Below are positions 1-13,600 of a stretch of 64,000 nt of DNA, in pieces. A program made the position numbers and the translations under genes. The notes beneath the pieces are model-generated. The model had not been told where the DNA came from. It did no database searches and worked only from the letters and a program-made list of their open reading frames with translations. Position 1 is the first letter of the stretch, and each line of letters starts with the position of its first letter. Source of the stretch: Eledone cirrhosa (lineage: Eukaryota); contig OZ024744.1 in NCBI GenBank assembly GCA_964016885.1, forward strand, positions 18,104,001-18,168,000, given 5' to 3'.

Positions 1-1097
1 GTATCACTGTGTATGTCACTGTGTGTTTCTGTATGTCTGTGTCACTGTGTAAGTCATTGTATCTTTGTGTATGTCAATGTGTGTTTCTGTATGTATGTGT
101 CTCTGTGTATGTCACTGTATCTTTGTGTATGTATGTGTCACTGTGTATGTCACTGTGTGTTTGTGTATACCTGTGTCAATGTGTATGTCACTGTGTGTTT
201 CTGTATGTATGTGTCACTGTGTATGTCACTGTATGTTTCTGTATGTCTGTTTCACTGTGTATGTCACTGTGTGTTTCTGTATGTCTGTGTCACTCTGTAT
301 GTCACTGTATGTTTCTGAATGTTTGTGTCACTGTGTATGTCACTGTGTGTTTCTGTATGTCTGTGTGACTGTGTATGTCACTCTGTGGTTGTGTATGTCT
401 GTGGCACTGTGTGTGTTTCTGTATGTCTGTGTCACTGTGTATGTCATTGTATCTTTGTGTATGTATGTGTCACTCTGTATGTCACTGTATCGTTGTGTAT
501 GTCCGTGTCATTGTGTATGTCACTGTGTGTTTCTGTATGTTTGTGTCACTGTGTATGTCACTGTGTGTTTCTGTATATCTGTGTCTATGTGTATGTTACT
601 GTATCTTTGTGTATGTCTGTGTAACTGTGTATGTCACTGTATCTTTGTGTATGTCTGTGTCACGCTGTATATCACTGTATGTTTATGTATGTCTGTGTCA
701 CTCTATATGTCACTGTATGTTTCTGTATGTATGTGTCACTGTGTATGTCAATGTGTGTTTCTGTATATCTGTGTCACGGTGTATGTCTCTGTATGTTTGT
801 GTATGTCTGTGTCACTGTGTATGTCACTGTATGTTTCTGTATGTCTGTGTCACTGTGTATGTCACTGTGTGTTTCTGTATGTCTGTGTCACTGTGCATGT
901 CACTGTATCTTTGTGTATGTCTGTGTCACTGTGTATGTCACTGTTTGTTTCTGTATGTCTGTGTCACTGTCTATGTCACTGTATGTTTCTGAATGTCTGT
1001 GTCACTGTGTATGTCACTGTGTGTTTCTGTATGTCTGTGTCACGGTGTATGTCACTGTATCTTTGTGTATGCCTGTGTCACTGTGTATGTCACTGTG

Positions 1098-1135
1098 TGT
1101 TTCTGTATGTCTGTGTCACTGTGTATGTCACTGTG
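1098..1135 (-). other. Example consensus monomer with RSS-like layout: heptamer CACAGTG (1135-1129), 22-bp spacer, nonamer-like ACAGAAACA (1106-1098), with a second CACAGTG (1123-1117) nested in the spacer
   Basis: The plus strand reads tgtttctgt-atgtctgtgtcactgtgtatgt-cactgtg. The reverse complement gives a perfect RSS heptamer and a 7/9 match to the nonamer ACAAAAACC. The motif match is certain, but function is unproven and the confidence reflects function. Confidence 0.3.
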
Positions 1136-1899
1136 TGTTTCTGTATGTTTGTGTCACTGTGTATGTCACTAAACGTTTGTGTGTGTCTGTGTCTTTGTGT
1201 ATGTCACTGTGTGTTTGCGTGTGTCTGTGTCACTGTGTATGTCACTGTGTGTTTCTGTATGTATGTGTGACTGTGTATGTCACTGTGCGTTTGTGTATGT
1301 CTGTGTCACTGTATGTTTCTGTATGTCTGTTTCACTGTGTATGTCACTGTGTGTTTCTGTATGTATGTGTCACCGTGTATGTCACTGTAAATTTGTGTAT
1401 GCCTTTGTCACTGTGTATGTCACTGTGTGTTTCTGTATGTCTGTGTCACTGTGTATGTCACTGTGTGTTTCTGTATGTTTGTGTCACTGTGTATGTCACT
1501 AAATGTTTGTGTGTGTCTGTGTCTCTGTGTATGTCACTGTGTGTTTGCGTGTGTCTGTGTCACTGTGTATGTCACTGTGTGTTTCTGTATGTCTGTGTGA
1601 TTGTGTATGTCACTCTGTGTTTGTGTATGTCTGTGTCACTGTGTGTGTTTCTGTATGTCTGTGTCACTGTGTATGTCATTGTATCTTTGTGTATGTATGT
1701 GTCACTGTGTATGTCACTGTATCTTTGTGTATGTCTGTGTCACTGTGTATGTCACTGTGTGTTTCTGTATGTCTGTGTCACTGTCTATGTCACTGTATGT
1801 TTCTGAATGTCTGTGTCACTGTGTATGTCACTGTGCGTTTCTGTATGTCTGTGTCACGGTGTATGTCACTGTATGTTTGTGTGTGTCTGTTTCACTGTG

Positions 1900-4800
1900 T
1901 ATGTCACTGTGTGTTTCTGTATGTCTGTGTCACCGTGTATGTCACTGTATCTTTGTGTATGCCTGTGTCACTGTGTATGTCACTGTGTGTTTCTGTATGT
2001 CTGTGTCACTGTGTATGTCACTGTGTGTTTCTGTATGTTTGTGTCACTGTGTATGTCACTAAATGTTTGTGTGTGTCTGTGTCTCTGTCTATGTCACTGT
2101 GTGTTTGCGTGTGTCTGTGTCACTGCGTATGTCACTGTGTGTTTCTGTATGTCTGTGTGACTCTGTATGTCACTGTGTGTTTGTGTATGTCTGTGTCACT
2201 GTATGTTTCTGTATGTCTGTTTCACTGTGTATGTCACTGTGTGTTTCTGTATGTATGTGTCACCGTGTATGTCACTGTAAATTTGTGTATGCCTTTGTCA
2301 CTGTGTATGTCACTGTGTGTTTCTGTATGTCTGTGTCACTGTGTATGTCACTGTGTGTTTCTGTATGTTTGTGTCACTGTGTATGTCACTAAATGTTTGT
2401 GTGTGTCTGTGTCTCTGTGTATGTCACTGTGTGTTTGCGTGTGTCTGTGTCACTGTGTATGTCACTGTGTGTTTCTGTATGTCTGTGTGACTGTGTATGT
2501 CACTCTGTGTTTGTGTATGTCTGTGTCACTGTGTGTGTTTCTGTATGTCTGTGTCACTGTGTATGTCATTGTATCTTTGTGTATGTATGTGTCACTGTGT
2601 ATGTCACTGTATGTTTCTGTATGTCTGTTTCACTGTGTATGTCACTGTGTCTTTCTGTATGTCTGTGTCACCCTGTATGTTACTGTATATTTATGTATGT
2701 CTGTGTCACTGTGTATGTCACTGTATGTTTCTGTATGTCTGTGTCACTGTGTATGTCACTGTATGTTTCTGTATGTCTGTGTCACTGTGTATGTCACTGT
2801 ATCTTTGTGTATGTCTGTGTCCCTGTGTATGTCACTGTATGTTTCTGTATGTCTGTGTGACTGTGTATGTCACTGTGTTTTTCTCTATGTCTGTGTCACT
2901 GTGTATGTCACTTTATCTTTGTGTATGTCTGTGTCACCGTGTATGTCACTGTAGATTTGTGTATGTCCGTGTCTCTGTGTATGTCAATGTGTGTTTATGT
3001 ATGTCAGTGTCACTGTGTATGTCACTGTATGTTTCTGTATGTCTGCGTCACTGTATATGTCACTGTATGTATCACTGTGTATGTCACTGTGTGTTTCTGT
3101 ATGTCTGTGTCACTGTGTAAGTCATTGTATCTTTGTGTATGTCAATGTGTGTTTCTGTATGTATGTGTCTCTGTGTATGTCACTGTATCTTTGTGTATGT
3201 ATGTGTCGCTGTGTATGTCACTGTGTGTTTGTGTATACCTGTGTCACTGTGTATGTTACAGTGAGTTTCTGTATGTCTGTGTCACTGTGTATGTCACTGT
3301 ATATTTCTGTATGTCTGTGTCAGTGTGTATGTCACTGGGTGATTCTGTATGTCTGTGTCACACTGTATATCACTGTATCTTTGTGTAGGTCTGTGTCACC
3401 GTGTATGTCACTGTATCTCCATGTATGTCTGTGTCACTGTATATGTCACTGTATATTTGTGTATGCCTTTGTCACTGTGTATGTCACTGTGTGTTTCTGT
3501 ATGTCTGTGTCACTGTGTATGTCACTGTGTGTTTCTGTATGTCTGTGTCACTGTGTATGTCACTGTGTGTTTCTGTATGTTTGTGTCACTGTGTATGTCA
3601 CTAAATGTTTGTGTGTGTCTGTGTCTCTGTCTATGTCACTGTGTGTTTGCGTGTGTCTGTGTCACTGCGTATGTCACTGTGTGTTTCTGTATGTCTGTGT
3701 GACTCTGTATGTCACTGTGTGTTTGTGTATGTCTGTGTCACTGTATGTTTCTGTATGTCTGTTTCACTGTGTATGTCACTGTGTGTTTCTGTATGTATGT
3801 GTCACCGTGTATGTCACTGTAAATTTGTGTATGCCTTTGTCACTGTGTATGTCACTGTGTGTTTCTGTATGTCTGTGTCACTGTGTATGTCACTGTGTGT
3901 TTCTGTATGTTTGTGTCACTGTGTATGTCACTAAATGTTTGTGTGTGTCTGTGTCTCTGTGTATGTCACTGTGTGTTTGCGTGTGTCTGTGTCACTGTGT
4001 ATGTCACTGTGTGTTTCTGTATGTCTGTGTGACTGTGTATGTCACTCTGTGTTTGTGTATGTCTGTGTCACTGTGTATGTCATTGTATCTTTGTGTATGT
4101 ATGTGTCACTGTATGTTTCTGTATGTCTGTTTCACTGTGTATGTCACTGTGTATTTGTGTATGTCTGTGTCACTCTGTATGTTACTGTATATTTATGTAT
4201 GTCTGTGTCACTGTGTATGTCACTGTATGTTTCTGTATGTCTGTGTCACTGTGTATGTCACTGTATGTTTCTGTATGTCTGTGTCACTGTGTATGTCACT
4301 GTATCTTTGTGTATGTCTGTGTCCCTGTGTATGTCACTGTATGTTTCTGTATGTCTGTGTCACTGTGTATGTCACTGTGTGTTTCTGTATGTCTGTGTCA
4401 CTGTGTATGTCACTTTATCTTTGTGTATGTCTGTGTCACCGTGTATGTCACTGTAGATTTGTGTATGTCCGTGTCTCTGTGTATGTCAATGTGTGTTTAT
4501 GTATGTCAGTGTCACTGTGTATGTCACTGTATGTTTCTGTATGTCTGCGTCACTGTATATGTCACTGTATGTATCACTGTGTATGTCACTGTGTGTTTCT
4601 GTATGTCTGTGTCACTGTGTAAGTCATTGTATCTTTGTGTATGTCAATGTGTGTTTCTGTATGTATGTGTCTCTGTGTATGTCACTGTATCTTTGTGTAT
4701 GTATGTGTCGCTGTGTATGTCACTGTGTGTTTGTGTATACCTGTGTCACTGTGTATGTTACAGTGAGTTTCTGTATGTCTGTGTCACACTGTATATCACT

Positions 4801-4900
4801 GTATCTTTGTGTAGGTCTGTGTCACCGTGTATGTCACTGTAACTCCATGTATGTATGTGTCACTGTATATGTCACTGTATATTTGTGTATGCCTTTGTCA
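1900..4900. repeat. Local ~1.5 kb tandem duplication within the array (approx. 1.95-3.45 kb and 3.5-4.9 kb)
   Basis: Identical ORF translations at 2063 and 3605 (offset 1542), a shared ORF start at 2393 and 3935 (1542), and 2991 vs 4493 (1502). Private variants such as gtagatttgt and gttacagtgag occur in both copies. Confidence 0.85.
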
Positions 4901-5429
4901 CTGTGTATGTCACTGTGTGTTTCTGTATGTCTGTGTCACTGTGTATGTCACTGTGTGTTTCTGTATGTTTGTGTCACTGTGTATGTCACTAAATGTTTGT
5001 GTGTGTCTGTGTCTCTGTGTATGTCACTGTGTGTTTGCGTGTGTCTGTGTCACTGTGTATGTCACTGTGTGTTTCTGTATGTCTGTGTGACTGTGTATGT
5101 CACTCTGTGTTTGTGTATGTCTGTGTCACTGTGTGTGTTTCTGTATGTCTGTGTCACTGTGTATGTCATTGTATCTTTGTGTATGTATGTGTCACTTTGT
5201 ATGTCACTGTATCTTTGTGTATGTCTGTGTCACTCTGTATGTCACTGTATATTTATGTATGTCTGTGTCACTGTGTATGTCACTGTATGTTTCTGTATGA
5301 CTGTGTCACTGTGTATGCCACTGTATGTTTCTGTATGTCTGTGTCACTGTGTATGTCACTGTATCTTTGTGTATGTCTGTGTCCCTGTGTATGTCACTGT
5401 ATGTTTCTGTATGTCTGTGTCACTGTGTA

Positions 5430-7600
5430 TGTCACTGTGTGTTTCTGTATGTCTGTGTCACTGTGTAAGTCATTGTATCTTTGTGTATGTCAATGTGTGT
5501 TTCTGTATGTATGTGTCTCTGTGTATGTCACTGTATCTTTGTGTATGTATGTGTCACTGTGTATGTCACTGTGTGTTTGTGTATACCTGTGTCAATGTGT
5601 ATGTCACTGTGTGTTTCTGTATGTATGTGTCACTGTGTATGTCACTGTATGTTTCTGTATGTCTGTTTCACTGTGTATGTCACTGTGTGTTTCTGTATGT
5701 CTGTGTCACTCTGTATGTCACTGTATGTTTCTGAATGTTTGTGTCACTGTGTATGTCACTGTGTGTTTGCGTGTGTCTGTGTCACTGTGTATGTCACTGT
5801 GTGTTTCTGTATGTCTGTGTGACTGTGTATGTCACTCTGTGGTTGTGTATGTCTGTGTCACTGTGTGTGTTTCTGTATGTCTGTGTCACTGTGTATGTCA
5901 CTGTATCTTTGTGTATGTCCGTGTCATTGTGTATGTCACTGTGTGTTTCTGTATGTTTGTGTCACTGTGTATGTCACTGTGTGTTTCTGTATATCTGTGT
6001 CTATGTGTATGTTACTGTATCTTTGTGTATGTCTGTGTAACTGTGTATGTCAGTGTATCTTTGTGTACGTCTGTGTCACGGTGTATATCACTGTATGTTT
6101 GTGTATGTCTGTGTCACTCTATATGCCACTGTATGTTTCTGTATGTATGTGTCACTGTGTATGTCAATGTGTGTTTCTGTATCTCTGTGTCACGGTGTAT
6201 GTCACTGTATGTTTGTGTATGTCTGTGTCACTGTGTATGTCACTGTATGTTTCTGTATGTCTGTGTCACTGTGTATGTCACTGTATCTTTGTGTATGTCT
6301 GAGTCCCTGTGTATGTTTCTGTATGTCTGTGTCACTGTGTATGTGACTGTGTGTTTCTGTATGTCTGTGTCACTGTGTATGTCACTTTATCTTTGTGTAT
6401 GTCTGTGTCACCGTGTATGTCACTGTATGTTGGTGTATGTCTGTGTCAGTGTGTATGTCAATGTGTGTTTATGTATGTCAGTGTCACTGTGTATGTCACT
6501 GTATGTTTCTGTATGTCTGCGTCACTGTATATGTCACTGTATGTTTATGTATGTCAGTGTCACTGTGTATGTCACTGTATGTTTCTGTATGTCTGTGTCA
6601 CTATGTATGTCGCTGTATGTTTGTGTTGTCTGTGTCACTGTGTATGTCACTGGGTGTTTCTGTATATCTGTGTCACTGTGTATGTCACTGTGTGTTTCTG
6701 TATGTATGTATCACTGTGTATGTCACTGTGTGTTTCTGTATGTCTGTGTCACTGTGTAAGTCATTGTATCTTTGTGTATGTCAATGTGTGTTTCTGTATG
6801 TATGTGTCTCTGTGTATGTCACTGTATCTTTGTGTATGTATGTGTCACTGTGTATGTCACTGTGTGTTTGTGTATACCTGTGTCAATGTGTATGTCACTG
6901 TGTGTTTCTGTATGTATGTGTCACTGTGTATGTCACTGTATGTTTCTGTATGTCTGTTTCACTGTGTATGTCACTGTGTGTTTCTGTATGTCTGTGTCAC
7001 TCTGTATGTCACTGTATGTTTCTGAATGTTTGTGTCACTGTGTATGTCACTGTGTGTTTGCGTGTGTCTGTGTCACTGTGTATGTCACTGTGTGTTTCTG
7101 TATGTCTGTGTGACTGTGTATATCACTCTGTGGTTGTGTATGTCTGTGTCACTGTGTGTGTTTCTGTATGTCTGGGTCACTGTGTATGTCATTGTATCTT
7201 TGTGTATGTATGTGTCACTGTGTATGTCACTGTATCTTTGTGTATGTCCGTGTCATTGTGTATGTCACTGTGTGTTTCTGTATGTTTGTGTCACTGTGTA
7301 TGTCACTGTGTGTTTCTTTATATCTGTGTCTATGTGTATGTTACTGTATCTTTGTGTATGTCTGTGTAACTGTGTATGTCAGTGTATCTTTGTGTATGTC
7401 TGTGTCACGGTGTATATCACTGTATGTTTGTGTATGTCTGTGTCACTCTATATGTCACTGTATGTTTCTGTATGTATGTGTCACTGTGTATGTCAATGTG
7501 TGTTTCTGTATCTCTGTGTCACGGTGTATGTCACTGTATGTTTGTGTATGTCTGTGTCACTGTGTATGTCACTGTATGTTTCTGTATGTCTGTGTCACTG
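5430..7600. repeat. Local ~1.3 kb duplication, with a third related copy at the window start (about 1-900)
   Basis: Identical 113-aa ORF translations at 5481 and 6772 (offset 1291) and the same ORF start at 65. The private variant ctctgtggttgtg occurs near 381, 5835 and 7126. Confidence 0.8.
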
Positions 7601-10600
7601 TGTATGTCACTGTGTGTTTCTGTATGTCTGTGTCACTGTGCATGTCACTGTATCTTTGTGTATGTCTGTGTCACCGTGTATGTCACTGTGTGTTTCTGTA
7701 TGTCTGTGTCACTGTCTATGTCACTGTATGTTTCTGAATGTCTGTGTCACTGTGTATGTCACTGTGTGTTTCTGTATGTCTGTGTCACGGTGTATGTCAC
7801 TGTATGTTTGTGTGTGTGTCTGTGTCACTGTGTATGTCACTGTGTGTTTCTGTATGTCTGTGTCACCGTGTATGTCACTGTATCTTTGTGTATGCCTGTG
7901 TCACTGTGTATGTCACTGTGTGTTTATGTATGTCTGTGTCACTGTGTATGTCACTGCGTGTTTCTGTATGTTTGTGTCACTGTGTATGTCACTAAATGTT
8001 TGTGTGTGTCTGTGTCTCTGTCTATGTCACTGTGTGTTTGCGTGTGTCTGTGTCACTGCGTATGTCACTGTGTGTTTCTGTATGTCTGTGTGACTGTGAA
8101 TGTCACTGTGTGTTTGTGTATGTCTGTGTCACTGTATGTTTCTGTATGTCTGTTTCACTGTGTATGACACTGTGTGTTTCTGTATGTATGTGTCACCGTG
8201 TATGTCACTGTAAATTTGTGTATGCCTTTGTCACTGTGTATGTCACTGTGTGTTTCTGTATGCCTGTGTCACTGTGTATGTCACTGTGTGTTTCTGTATG
8301 TTTGTGTCACTGTGTATGTCACTGTGTGTTTCTGTATGTCTGTTTCACTGTGTATGTCACTGTGTGTTTCTGTATGTATGTGTCACCGTGTATGTCACTG
8401 TAAATTTGTGTATGCCTTTGTCACTCTGTGTATGTCACTGTGTGTTTCTGTATGTCTGTGTCACTGTGTATGTCACTGTGTGTTTCTGTATGTTTGTGTC
8501 ACTGTGTATGTCACTAAATGTTTGTGTGTGTCTGTGTCTCTGTGTATGTCACTGTGTGTTTGCGTGTGTCTGTGTCACTGTGTATGTCACTGTGTGTTTC
8601 TGTATGTCTGTGTGACTGTGTATGTCACTCTGTGTTTGTGTATGTCTGTGTCACTGTGTGTGTTTCTGTATGTCTGTGTCACTGTGTATGTCATTGTATC
8701 TTTGTGTATGTATGTGTCACTGTGTATGTCACTGTATCGTTGTGTATATCTGTGTCACTCTGTATGTCACTGTGTGTTTCTGTATGTCTGTGTCAATGTG
8801 TATGTCACTGTGTGTTTCTGTATGTCTGTGAATCTGTGTATGTCACTGTATGCTTCTGTATGTCTGTTTCACTGTGTATGTCACTGTGTCTTTCTGTATG
8901 TCTGTGTCACTCTGTATGTCACTGTATATTTATGTATGTCTGTGTCACTGTGTATGTCAATGTGTGTTTATGTATGTCAGTGTCACTGTGTATGTCACTG
9001 TATGTTTCTGTATGTCTGGGTCACTGTATATGTCACTGTATGTTTGTGTATGTCTGTGTCACTGTGTATGTTACTGTGTGTTTCTGTATGTCTGTGTCAC
9101 TATGTATGTCGCTGTATGTTTGTGTTGTCTGTGTCACTGTGTATGTCACTGGGTGTTTCTGTATATCTGTGTCACTGTGTATGTCACTGTGTGTTTCTGT
9201 ATGTATGTATCACTGTGTATGTCACTGTGTGTTTCTGTATTTATGTGTCTCTGTGTATGTCACTGTATCTTTGTGTATGTATGTGTCACTGTGTATGTAA
9301 CTGTGTGTTTGTGTATACCTGTGTCACTGTGTATGTTACTGTGAGTTTCTGTATGTCTGTGTCACTGTGTATGTCACTGTATATTTCTGTATGTCTGTGT
9401 CAGTGTGTATGTCACTGCGTGATTCTGTATGTCTGTGTCACACTGTATATCACTGTATCTTTGTGTAGGTCTGTGTCACCGTGTATGTCACTGTATCTTC
9501 ATGTATGTCTGTGTCACTGTATATGTCACTGTATCTTTGTGTATGTCTACGTCACTGTGTATGTCACTGTGTGATTGTGTATGTCACTGTGTGATTCTGT
9601 ATGTCTGTGTCACTGTGTGTTTCTGTATGTTTGTGTCACTGTGTATGTCACTAAATGTTTATGTGTGTCTGTGTCTCTATGTATGTCACTGTGTATTTGC
9701 GTGTGTCTGTGTCACTGTGTATGGCACTGTGTGTTTCTGTATGTCTGTGTGACTGTGTATGTCACTGTTTGTTTGTGTACGTCTGTGTCACTGTGTGTGT
9801 TTCTGTATGTCTGTGTCACTTTGTATGTCACTGTGTGTTTCTGCATGTCTGTGTCACTGTGTATATCACTGTGTGTTTCTGTATGTCTGTGTCACTGCGT
9901 ATGTCACTGTATATTTGTGTATGTCTGTGTCACTGTGTAAGTCACTGTATCTTTGTGTATGTCTGTGACACTCTGTATGTCACAGTGTGTTTCTGTATGT
10001 ATGTATCACTGTGTATGTCACTGTGTGTTTCTGTATGTCTGTGTCACTGTGTAAGTCATTGTATCTTTGTGTATGTATGTGACACTCTGTATGTCAATGT
10101 GTGTTTCTGTATTATGTGTCTCTGTGTATGTCACTGTGTCTTTGTGTATGTATATGTCACTGTGTATGTCACTGTGTGTTTGTGTATGACTGTGTCACTG
10201 TGTATGTTACTGTGAGTTTCTGTATGTCTGTGTCACGGTGTATGTCACTGTATATTTTTGTATGTCTGTGTCACGGTGTATGTCACTAGGTGTTTCTGTA
10301 TGTCTGTGTCACGGTGTATGTCACTAGGTGTTTCTGTATGTCTGTGTCACACCGTATATCACTGTATCTTTATGTATGTCTGTGTCACTGTGTATGTCAC
10401 TGTGAGTTTATGTATGTATGTGTCACTGTGTATGTCACAGTGTGTTTCTGTATGTCTGTGTCACTGTGTATGTCACTGTATCTCTATGTATGTCTGTGTC
10501 ACTGTCTATGTCACTGTATCTTTGTTTATGTCTGCGTCACTGTGTATGTCACTGTGTGTTTCTGTATGTCTGTGTCTCTGTGTATGTCACTGTATGTTTC

Positions 10601-13600
10601 TGTATGTCTGTGTGACTGTGTATGTCACTGTGTATGACACTGTGTGTTTCTGTATGTCTGTGTCACGGTGTATGTCACGGTATGTTTGTGTGTGTCTATG
10701 TCACTTTGTATGTCACTGTGTGTTTCTGTATGTCTGTGTCACCGTGTATGTCACTGTATCTTTGTGTATGCCTGTGTCACTGTGTATGTCACTGTGTGTT
10801 TCTGTATGTCTGTGTCACTGTGTATGTCACTGTGTGCTTCTGTACGACTGTGTCACTGTGTATGTCACTGTATCTTTGTGTATGTTTGTGTCACTGTCTA
10901 TGTCACTGTATGTTTCTGAATGTCTGTGTCACTGTGTATGTCACTGTGTGTTTCTGTATATCTATGTCACGGTGTATGTCACTGAATGTTTGTGTGTGTC
11001 TGTGTCACTGTGTTTGTCACTGTGTGTTTCTGTATGTCTGTGTCACCGTGTATTTCACGGTATCTTTGTGTATGCCTGTGTCACTGTGTATGTCACTGTG
11101 TGTTTCTGTATTTCTTTGTCACTGTGTATGTCACTGTGTGTTTCTGTATGTTTGTGTCACTGTGTATGTCACTAAATGTTTGTGTGTGTCTGTGTCTCTG
11201 TGTATGTCACTGTGTGTTTGCGTGTGTCTGTGTCACTGTGTATGTCACTGTGTGTTTCTGTATGTCTGTGTGACTGTGTATGTCACTAAATGTTTGTGTG
11301 TGTCTGTGTTAGTGTGTGTGTTTCTGTATGTCTGTGTCACTGTGTATGTCACTGTGTGTTTCTGTATGTATGTGTCACCGTGTATGTCACTGTATCTTTG
11401 TGTATGCCAGTGTCACTGTGTATGTCACTGTGTGTTTCTGTATGTCTGTGTCACTGTGTATGTCACTGTGTGTTTCTGTATGTTTGTGTCACTGTGTGTG
11501 TCACTAAATGTTTGTGTGTGTCTGTGTCTCTGTGTATGTCACTGTGTGTTTGCGTGTGTCTGTGTCAAGGTGTATGTCACTGTGTGTTTCTGTATATCTG
11601 TGTCACTGTGTGTGTTTCTGTATGTCTGTGTCACTGTGTATGTCACTGTATGTTTCTGTATGTATGTGTCACTGTGTATGTCACTGTATCTTTGTGTATG
11701 TCTATGTCACTGTATCTTTGTGTATGTCTGTGTCATTGTGTATGTCACTGTGTGTTTCTGTATGTTTCTGTCACTGTGTATGTCACTGTGTGTTTCTGTA
11801 TATCTGTGTCTCTGTGTATGTTTCTGTATCTTTGTGTATGTCTGTGTGACTGTGTATGTCACTGTATGTTACTGTATGTCTGTGTCACTGTGTATGTCAT
11901 TGTGTGTTTCTGTATGTCTGTGTCACTGTGTATGTCACTGTATATTTGTGCATGTTGTGTCACTGTGTATGTCACTGTGTGTTTCTGTATGTCTGTGTCA
12001 CTGTCTATGTCACTGTATCTTTGTGTATGTCTACGTCACTGTGTATGTCACTGTGTGTTTCTGTATGTCTGTGTCTTTGTCTATGTCACTGTACCTTTGT
12101 GTATGTCTGTGTCACGGTGTATGTCACTGTGTGTATCTGTATGTCTGTGTCACTGTGTATGTCACTGTGTGTTTCTGTATATCTGTGTCTCTGTGTATGT
12201 CACTGTAACTTTGTGTATGTATGTGTCACTGTATCTTTGTGTATGTCGGTGTCACCGTGTATGTCACTGTAACGTTGTGTATCTCTGTGTCACTGTGTAT
12301 GTCACTGTATCTTTGTGTTTGTCTGTGTCACTGTATATGTCACTGTGTGTTTCTGTATGTATGTGTCACGGTGTATGTCACTGTATGTTTGTGTATGTCT
12401 GTGTCACTGTGTATGTCATTGTGAGTTTCTGTATGTCTGTGTCGCTGTGTATGTCACTGTATCTTTGTGTATGTCTGTGTATGTCTGTGTCACTGTGTAT
12501 GTCACTGTGTGTTTCTGTATGTCTGTGTCACTGTGTATGTCATTGTGTGTTTCTGTATGCCTGTGTCTCTGTGTATGTCACTGTATCTTTGTGTATCTCT
12601 GTGTCACGCTGTATGTCACTGTACGTTTGTGTATGTCTGTGTCACTGTGTGTTTCAGTATGTATGTGTCACTGTGTATATCACTGTATGTTTGTGTATGC
12701 CTGTGTCACGGTGTATGTCACTGTATGTTTGTGTGTGTCTGTGTCACTGTGTATGTCACTGTGTGTTTGTGTATGTCTGTGTCACTGTATGTTTCTGTAT
12801 GTCTGTGTCACTGTGTATGTCACTGTGTGTTTCTGTATGTCTGTGTCACCGTGTATGTCACTGTATCTTTGTGTATGCCTGTGTCACTGTGTATGTCACT
12901 GTGTGATTCTGTATGTCTGTGTCACTGTGTATGTCACTAAATGTTTGTGTGTGTCTGTGTCTCTATGTATGTCACTGTGTATTTGCGTGTGTCTGTGTCA
13001 CTGTGTATGTCAATGTGTGTTTCTGTATGTCTGTGTGACTGTGTATGTCACTGTTTGTTTGTGTATGTCTGTGTCACTGTGTGTGTTTCTGTATGTCTGT
13101 GTCACTGTGTATGTCATTGCATCTTTGTGTATGTCTGTGACACTCTGTATGTCACTGTGTGTTTCTGTATGTATGTATCACTGTGTATGTCACTGTGTGT
13201 TTCTGTATGTCTGTGTCACTGTGTAAGTCATTGTATCTTTGTGTATGTATGTGACACTCTGTATGTCAATGTGTGTTTCTGTATTATGTGTCTCTGTGAA
13301 TGTCACTGTATCTTTGTGTATGTATGTGTCACTGTGTATGTCACTGTGTGTTTGTGTATGACTGTGTCACTGTGTATGTTACTGTGAGTTTCTGTATGTC
13401 TGTGTCACGGTGTATGTCACTGTATACTTTTGTATGTCTGTGTCACTGTGTATGTCACTGTGAGTTTATGTATGTGTCACTGTGTATGTCACAGTGTGTT
13501 TCTGTATGTCTGTGTCACTGTGTATGTCACTGTATCTCTCTGTATGTCTGTGTCACTGTCTATGTCACTCTATCTTTGTGTATGTCTGCGTCACTGTGTA

